From Dehalococcoidia bacterium (GTDB taxonomy: Bacteria; Chloroflexota; Dehalococcoidia; GIF9; AB-539-J10): a DNA stretch of 44,193 nt. Positions 38,232 to 44,193 of this stretch are shown here, one piece after another. The notes beneath the pieces are model-generated. The model worked only from the letters and a program-made list of their open reading frames with translations. It was not told where the DNA came from and searched no databases. The stretch covers positions 1-44,193 of the forward strand of contig JAGHCA010000005.1 in NCBI GenBank assembly GCA_021160725.1. The letters run 5' to 3'. Numbering within the stretch: the stretch's first letter is position 1; each line of letters begins with the position of its first letter. The translations under genes were made by a program, and so were the position numbers.

Positions 38232-41200
38232 TCACGAACCCATGATTTGTTTTACCAAAGCGTCTATTTGCCCAAGCTCCTTTTTTAGCTCGGCTTTTAT
38301 TAATCTGCGGGTGTGGCCGATGCTGCGGGATTTTGCCAGTTGCGGGAGCAATTGCTCGACCTTTCGGGTGCATTGCTCGCCGAGTTGGGATAAAGCTCTA
38401 TGGTTTTCGTCTGATGAATTATATTGAGGAATGGGAATTTCTAAAACCTTTTTGTGAATGTCCCTGGGACCCCATAATCCACGGCTCTGCATTGGTTTCA
38501 GGAGTTCATCCACAATGGGGGAATTGAGAACAGTAGCCAAATAATAAGCCTCTTCTTTATCGTCAGTATCGAAATAGTACTCCTTGGATTCAGCCACAAA
38601 CCCCTGTATTTCAATACTTTGCCCCTCCACCTCAAAGCTGACGTGTTTGTCCTCAACCACACAGCTACAGAGGTAGGTGGCTGAGGTGGGATAGAGGACT
38701 TTGTATTTTGCCAGGCGATTCTGAGTCGATAATTTCTTTCGGTAATCAAGCCATTCTTGGACGTTCATTCTCTCAGCCTTCTCCCCTCTCCGTTTCCCCC
38801 ACTCGCCCTGAGCCCTCTCCAGCCAGTTTGCTAGATTCAGAAAGCCCTGACTGCGGGCTTCATCAGCACTGAGAATCTTGAAATGCTTACCCGATGGCAG
38901 AAGGGGCAAAACCACCAGCCTGAAATCCAGTCGGCCAAAGGGAACAATGTCCGTCGATAACAAGGTAGCATAAAGGAAATCCCCCTCGATGTTCCCCTCC
39001 AGCCTTAAGCCCTTATAAGCTGTCTTAGCCTCTTTTTGAGCTCTTTCTGTGGTGGAAACATAAGGCAGCGAGGGGTCGAAACCGAAAACAGGATGTGACT
39101 TTACATCTACAAACCAGAGAGAGCGAGGAACAATAGTTGCACCTTGCTTGAAGTAAGGTTGGTAGAAGCTTCTCAAACCTGTGGTAGGCTTCACCTTTAG
39201 ACTGCTCAGGAAACTTCGCTTTCCCACCTGGGTGACAAAGAGTTCCTCTAAGGTAATGGCGAGTGCCTGCTGTGCCTCCCTTAGAGAGGAGTTCTTGCGC
39301 TCCAGCTTCCCAGAAAATACTTGGCATTTCAGAGGATGCTCGGTCTCAATTCCTCTTTTACCGAAGAAGACGCAGGCGGGAACATTGAATAACGGCTCTA
39401 CCTCCTCCAAATCCCAGATCTCCTCGAAACCGAGGTCGAGCGAGAAATAGGAACGGCGGAAATTATAGTGCTGGTCGGAAGAAAATACGCTTCTGGGTAG
39501 TAGGAAGCCGATAGTTCCTCCTTTCCTAAGATAGAGGTCGGCAGTCCTGAGAAAGAAGAGCGTTGCCAACTCCATGTGTGTTATTAGTTCCGCTTTACCT
39601 GAAAGAAGTCTGTAGTCCTCCACGATTTGCCGCTTGAGAAATTTCTGGTATTCACCCTTCTCCACGTAACGGTAGGAAAGCCAGGGAGGATTGCCCAGAA
39701 CTACATCGAAGTTCCCTTTGAGGAACAAAGGTTTATACAGGTTCTTAAGGATGAAAGCCCAGATGCTGTCCCGCCTTTCCTCTATGAGCTCTTTCATTGC
39801 TACAGCCAGGTCATAAAGGGCAAGAAAGAGGGCCTTATCCGCGGCCATTTTTGGAGATGCTTTCACTATGAAGTTGAGAAATGTGCTTCTATCTCCTCCC
39901 TTCTTGCCAGCGAAATTCCGGGCAAATTCCTTTGATGCCTCAATAGCCTCGTCGTAAAGCCGTGGGTCATGAGTGAGGACTTCAGGAATTATGATTCTCT
40001 TGCCGTCAATTTCCAATTTGAAGCCGGGCAGCGGTGCACCCATCTCCATCTGTCCCTCCATCTGGGGAAGCTTGATGGAGTCGGCGAGGTAAATGGGGAG
40101 TGCTATAGATTTTCTTCTCCTCTTGAAGAGGTCTCCCAAAGCGAGCAGGTAATTGGTCTTGGAGATGATTACTGCTAGTGGATGAATATCTATTCCCACC
40201 ACATTCTCCAGGATATGCTCCAGAGTTTCCCGAGAATCTCCCAGAATATCCCGCTTGTACTTTATGGTCATGTAGAGAAAGGTTCCCGAGCCGCAGGCGG
40301 GGTCAAGAACAGAGAATCGGGGATTCTCCTCCAGTGCCTTTTCCACCATGCGATGTGCAAGCCAATCTGGAGTGTAGTATTCTCCCAAATCATGGCGTGC
40401 TTCTGGGTCAACCAGTTCCTGATAGAGTGCCTTGAGAACATCCTCGAAAAGCTCCTTCAAGTTGTATCTTAAGAGCAGGCTCAAGAGTTTCTTGGAGATA
40501 TCAAAACCGACGGCTCTCACTTTTTCTCGGGCGATCCAGGAGAAAAAGTCCTCTTCGAGGAAATTGGCGATGCGCTGTCCTCGGAAGAACTCTCCATTTA
40601 AAATGCTAGATATTTCCTCGCTTGAAGGAATTGAACTTTTCGCAGTGAGTCGTGCCCAAGCAATTAGTTTTGCCAGTGTTGCCAGATAAGTATGCCTGAG
40701 AAAGAGGTCTTTGCTTCCAATGATGCTTCCGTAAGTAACACGAAGGTACCTCTCCCAGTTTTCATAGATGACCTGAAAGTCGCTTCTACTTTCCACCTGT
40801 TTTAGGGCTTCCTTCAGCAGTCGAAAGGAAAAGAGAAAGGCAGGGCTGTGCATGCCGAAGTCCTGTTCAAATTCTTCAGTTCGCGGTGGGAGGATTCTTT
40901 CCCTGAAGAAGTATCTGTCAAGCCAGAAATATGCTTGGTAAGGTTCTGGAGTTGGCAGTATGAGCTCATCAACCTTTTCTAGCACTATGTCTTCTGGGAG
41001 CAAGGGCTCAGTCAAAGGTTTTTCGGCACCGGGTGAGAAAACCTGGAAGTTTATCCCATCCGCTGCCATGCAGAGGTAATTTATCTTTCTCTCCTCTTCC
41101 TCAGACCAGAGACAGGCGATATATCTTTTGAGCTGCTCTTTAGCCTCTGAAAGCGTCTTCCCTAAGTCCCTCTCAAACTCGATTACCAAATTTCCATAGA

Positions 41201-41471
41201 GGTTATCTACCCGCCCCTTTAACACAATATCCTTACCCTTGCTCTTTACATATTTTTCGACACCGCGGAGATAATCCTCTACAAATTTTGTGTTCACATC
41301 GCCGAATATATCCTTCAGAAGCAGTAGAAATCTCTGGGTTTTGGCCGATTCTGAGCTTAGATGAGAAACCTCCTCAACGTAGTTCTGGATATCCGCCGAT
41401 TTCTGAACCTCAAAGAGGTCACCAAATCGTGATGGTTTCTCAGGTATCTTGGGCAGTTTTCCTCTATTCAT
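38232..41471 (-). CDS. Fused restriction-modification enzyme (type IIG/IIC-like: nuclease, N6-adenine MTase, TRD)
   Basis: N-terminal D-x8-EFE...QLKRY nuclease-like motif, GEYYTP, LDPACGSGTFL (motif I), GNPPW (motif IV), C-terminal YYLATVLNS...IPIP. Confidence 0.88.
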   Translation of the reverse strand: MNRGKLPKIPEKPSRFGDLFEVQKSADIQNYVEEVSHLSSESAKTQRFLLLLKDIFGDVNTKFVEDYLRGVEKYVKSKGKDIVLKGRVDNLYGNLVIEFERDLGKTLSEAKEQLKRYIACLWSEEEERKINYLCMAADGINFQVFSPGAEKPLTEPLLPEDIVLEKVDELILPTPEPYQAYFWLDRYFFRERILPPRTEEFEQDFGMHSPAFLFSFRLLKEALKQVESRSDFQVIYENWERYLRVTYGSIIGSKDLFLRHTYLATLAKLIAWARLTAKSSIPSSEEISSILNGEFFRGQRIANFLEEDFFSWIAREKVRAVGFDISKKLLSLLLRYNLKELFEDVLKALYQELVDPEARHDLGEYYTPDWLAHRMVEKALEENPRFSVLDPACGSGTFLYMTIKYKRDILGDSRETLEHILENVVGIDIHPLAVIISKTNYLLALGDLFKRRRKSIALPIYLADSIKLPQMEGQMEMGAPLPGFKLEIDGKRIIIPEVLTHDPRLYDEAIEASKEFARNFAGKKGGDRSTFLNFIVKASPKMAADKALFLALYDLAVAMKELIEERRDSIWAFILKNLYKPLFLKGNFDVVLGNPPWLSYRYVEKGEYQKFLKRQIVEDYRLLSGKAELITHMELATLFFLRTADLYLRKGGTIGFLLPRSVFSSDQHYNFRRSYFSLDLGFEEIWDLEEVEPLFNVPACVFFGKRGIETEHPLKCQVFSGKLERKNSSLREAQQALAITLEELFVTQVGKRSFLSSLKVKPTTGLRSFYQPYFKQGATIVPRSLWFVDVKSHPVFGFDPSLPYVSTTERAQKEAKTAYKGLRLEGNIEGDFLYATLLSTDIVPFGRLDFRLVVLPLLPSGKHFKILSADEARSQGFLNLANWLERAQGEWGKRRGEKAERMNVQEWLDYRKKLSTQNRLAKYKVLYPTSATYLCSCVVEDKHVSFEVEGQSIEIQGFVAESKEYYFDTDDKEEAYYLATVLNSPIVDELLKPMQSRGLWGPRDIHKKVLEIPIPQYNSSDENHRALSQLGEQCTRKVEQLLPQLAKSRSIGHTRRLIKAELKKELGQIDALVKQIMGS

Positions 41472-41761
41472 TTGAGTTCTCCGTGAATAACACGCCGGGC
41501 GATTTCGAAGGCGGCGGCGATGCGAATAATTTTAGCATCGCCAAGCCCTTTTATATTCAAGAGCTTTCCCAAAGGCTGGTTAGCCATGCCCTTGAAGCCG
41601 CCGAACCGTTGCAGAATCTCCTCAGCAATCTTTTCCGCTGGTCTGCCTTTAATCCCCGGAGCAATGAGGATGGACAGAAGCTCAGCATCGGTCAATGTTT
41701 CCGCACCAAGCTCTCGGAGCTTGCCACCGGGGTGCTGCCATATTGGGGATTTCCTGTTCAC
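41468..41761 (-). CDS. Stand-alone RadC N-terminal (UPF0758-N, HhH) domain protein
   Basis: KLRELGAETLTDAELLSILI...IKGLGDAK...IAAAFEIARR aligns to the N-terminal ~95 aa of the RadC at 7968-8657; no JAB domain; GGGAG RBS, GTG start. Confidence 0.85.
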   Translation of the reverse strand: MNRKSPIWQHPGGKLRELGAETLTDAELLSILIAPGIKGRPAEKIAEEILQRFGGFKGMANQPLGKLLNIKGLGDAKIIRIAAAFEIARRVIHGELK

Positions 41762-41783
41762 TTTTAGTCTTCTCTCCCCAAAA

Positions 41784-42812
41784 TCACTTTGCTATGCTTA
41801 GCAACTCCTTTCCATAGGGCTCTCTTATTATACCTTTTTCGGTGATTATGGCAGTTATATAACTATGGGGAGTGACGTCGAAGGCAGGGTTGGCTGCTGT
41901 TATGCCTTGGGGAGAAATGGGTACTCCCTGGACATGAGTTACCTCTTCAGGGCTTCGCTCTTCAATGGGGATTTTGTCTCCCGAGCTTAAGGAAAGGTCA
42001 ATAGTGCTGGTGGGAGCAGCGACATAAAAGGGGATTTTACTTTCTTTAGCCAGTACCGCCAGGGTATAGGTGCCGATTTTATTGGCGACATCGCCATTGG
42101 CAGCAATCCTGTCGGCGCCGACAATGACGCAATCTATTTTCCTCTGCTGTATGAAATAGCCAGCCATGGAATCGGTAATTAAAGTTACCGGGATGCTTTC
42201 TTGCATTAGTTCCCAGGCAGTAAGCCTGGCTCCCTGGAGAAGGGGACGAGTTTCCGTAGCAAAGACGCTAACTTTCTTTCCCTGCTCTTTAGTAGCTTTT
42301 ATGACACCCAGGGCAGTGCCATAGCCAGCGGTGGCTAGAGGACCGGCGTTACAATGAGTAAGCAAGGTGAAACCATCTTTGATGAGCTCGGCTCCCAGCT
42401 GACTGAGCTGCCTGGTTGCGGTTTCTTCTTCCTGGTGAATCCGCTTTGCTTCATTGACAAGCGAATTTTTTATTTCGGCAATGCCATCTCCTCTGGCAGC
42501 CTTCTTCATCCTCTCAATAGCTTGAAAAAGGTTGACCGCGGTAGGCCTGGAGGCAGCAAAAGTTTTTATGACCTGATTCAATTGAATAAGGAATTCATCC
42601 TTGTTTTCTGTCTTAATATCTGATGCCCCCAGAGCTATACCGTAGGCGGCAGCGACCCCGATGGCTGGCGCCCCGCGGACCTTCAATTCCTTAATAGCCA
42701 GAACTACATCGTGGTAATTATCCAGGTCGGCAAAGATTTGCTGGTGGGGAAGCTTGCTCTGGTCCAGTATCCTTAGCCTGCCGCCGAGCCATTCTATTGC
42801 TTTAGCTGCCAT
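41784..42812 (-). CDS. mtnA: S-methyl-5-thioribose-1-phosphate isomerase
   Basis: VRGAPAIG, SRPTAVNL, THCNAG.LAT, ETRPLLQGARLT, GADRIAANGD, NPAFDVTP. Confidence 0.96.
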   Translation of the reverse strand: MAAKAIEWLGGRLRILDQSKLPHQQIFADLDNYHDVVLAIKELKVRGAPAIGVAAAYGIALGASDIKTENKDEFLIQLNQVIKTFAASRPTAVNLFQAIERMKKAARGDGIAEIKNSLVNEAKRIHQEEETATRQLSQLGAELIKDGFTLLTHCNAGPLATAGYGTALGVIKATKEQGKKVSVFATETRPLLQGARLTAWELMQESIPVTLITDSMAGYFIQQRKIDCVIVGADRIAANGDVANKIGTYTLAVLAKESKIPFYVAAPTSTIDLSLSSGDKIPIEERSPEEVTHVQGVPISPQGITAANPAFDVTPHSYITAIITEKGIIREPYGKELLSIAK

Positions 42813-42880
42813 CGCTGTTAGTATAATCTAAAGGATAGAACTAAAGGAAGTTCTGCAAGAGTGTCTGGTAGCACTATCTT

Positions 42881-42992
42881 GTCATTCTCAATCCTTCACC
42901 TTGTGTTGCTCTGAGGGAGCGAAGCGACCGAAGAGTCTCGCTCAGGAAAAACTCCACGAAAAATCTAGACATCTCGCTATTGGTCAGGGTGA
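42881..42992. repeat. Nested/degenerate REP-like element (GTCATTCT...CTGAG..GCGAAGCGA.CGAAGAGTCT...CAGGGTGA)
   Basis: gtcattctc, ctctgagggagcgaagcgaccgaagagtctcgctcagg and tcagggtga in the divergent intergenic region. Confidence 0.55.
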
Positions 42993-43081
42993 TAAAATAA
43001 ACAACTTGGCGGAACCAAAATTTGATAACCCCGAAGAATAATGTTATCTTTATCCAACTTGCCAGTTCCAAAAGGCTAAAA

Positions 43082-44193
43082 ATGGCAAAGATTTATTTCA
43101 TAGATGTTACTAATCGCGATGGTGTTCAAACTGCACACCTCGGTCTGTCTAAACTGGAAAAAACCATGATAAATATTTACCTCAACGACATGGGTGTTTT
43201 TCAGTCCGAATTTGGTTTCCCCACGACGAGACATGAATCGCTTTATCTTCAGGCGAACCTGGAATTGGCTGACATGGGAGTCCTGCAACCCATCCGTTTA
43301 GGGGGCTGGATAAGAGCAGTTACCACTGATGTGGAAAGGGCTTTCCAGTTTGTCCCCAATATTAAGCATCTTAATCTCTCTATTTCCACATCGGACCAGA
43401 TGATTCAAGGCAAATTTCAGGGTAAGAAGAGTCGAGAAGATATAGTAAACATGATGGTCGATGCTGTAGAAGCAGCTCGCGCCCATGGGGCTGAAAGCAT
43501 AGGTGTAAATGCCGAGGATGCCTCCAGAACCGAAATAGATTTTCTAATTAGATTTGCCTTGGCAGCCAAGGAACACGGCGCTCACCGACTTAGATATTGC
43601 GATACCCTGGGCTATGATAACCCATTTACTATTTACGAGAGCGTCAAGACGCTGGCGGAGAATGTGGGAATGCCCATTGAGGTTCACTGTCACGGTGATT
43701 TGGGAATGGCTGTAGCTACTTCTCTTGCCGGGGCCAAGGGAGCTATAGACGGCGGTCAAGATGTCTATATCAACACCACCATCAACGGAATTGGAGAGAG
43801 AGCCGGCAATGCTGATCTTGTAGCCTCAGTTCTAGCTGTTACCAAATCCAAGGCATTTGCTGAAAAATACCAACTGGCAGTGCCCATAGACCTGACAAAG
43901 GCTTGGAAAATAAGTAGATTTGCCAGCTATGCTTTCAGAGTTCCCATTCCCATAAACCAGCCTGGTGTTGGAGCCAATGCCTTTGCCCATAGCTCTGGTA
44001 TTCACGCCGATGGGGTGTTGAAAGACCCCGAGAACTACGAGCTGTATAGCTTCGACGAATTAGGTAGAGGTGAGCCTGAGCTTGTAGAGACCGGCAGAGA
44101 GATATGCTCGGGAGAATATAGCGGCATATCAGGCTTCAGTCACATAATGGGCAAGCTGGAGGTATCGTTTGAGGATGCCAGGCAAGCTGAAGA
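43082..44193 (+). CDS. Homocitrate synthase / Re-citrate synthase family enzyme (DRE-TIM fold); 3' end outside the window
   Basis: Absent from the ORF track because it has no stop in the window. MAKIYFIDVTNRDGVQT..., NAEDASR, YCDTLG, HCHGDLGMAVA, NGIGERAGNAD, AFAHSSGIHADG. Confidence 0.9.
   Translation, partial: MAKIYFIDVTNRDGVQTAHLGLSKLEKTMINIYLNDMGVFQSEFGFPTTRHESLYLQANLELADMGVLQPIRLGGWIRAVTTDVERAFQFVPNIKHLNLSISTSDQMIQGKFQGKKSREDIVNMMVDAVEAARAHGAESIGVNAEDASRTEIDFLIRFALAAKEHGAHRLRYCDTLGYDNPFTIYESVKTLAENVGMPIEVHCHGDLGMAVATSLAGAKGAIDGGQDVYINTTINGIGERAGNADLVASVLAVTKSKAFAEKYQLAVPIDLTKAWKISRFASYAFRVPIPINQPGVGANAFAHSSGIHADGVLKDPENYELYSFDELGRGEPELVETGREICSGEYSGISGFSHIMGKLEVSFEDARQAE

Noticed and set aside
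38071-38427. 118-aa plus-strand ORF
   Set aside because: More than half is antisense to the R-M gene and the rest crosses the direct repeat; no recognisable features.
42874-43071. 65-aa minus-strand ORF
   Set aside because: Its C-terminal half (ETLRSLRSLR...LRMT) is a repeat translation; no RBS or homology evident.
1-44193. CRISPR array, tRNA/rRNA, integrase or transposase
   Set aside because: The repeats are dispersed or palindromic without regular unique spacers; no cloverleaf or recombinase motifs were seen by eye.

Overview
A 44-kb, mostly housekeeping segment of a bacterial chromosome. Gene content and protein style suggest class Dehalococcoidia (Chloroflexota); this is an inference, not a database result. 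Left to right: two small hypothetical genes, pit/DUF47, rarA, AmmeMemoRadiSam A and radical SAM genes, a nfi-prfB(+1 frameshift)-peptidase-radC-DUF1893-peptide SBP run, a complete A/V-type ATPase operon in the archaeal order (H-I-K-E-C-F-A-B-D) with an NtpK-like Na+-type c subunit and a DUF61-like gene, rpsP-khpA, recO, trkAH, pheA, HIT, ffh, dGTPase-dnaG-rpoD, a ppsA interrupted by one in-frame TAA, and yebC-ruvC-ruvA. Next comes a small accessory/defence island: a stand-alone RadC N-terminal HhH gene coupled to a 1079-aa fused restriction-modification gene, then a hicB-hicA pair whose toxin is frameshifted and which is flanked by a 51-bp direct repeat. The window ends with mtnA and a truncated homocitrate/Re-citrate synthase-family gene. 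Intergenic spaces carry several families of REP-like palindromic repeats; some are nested and two intrude into coding sequence. No rRNA, tRNA, CRISPR array, integrase or transposase was recognised.
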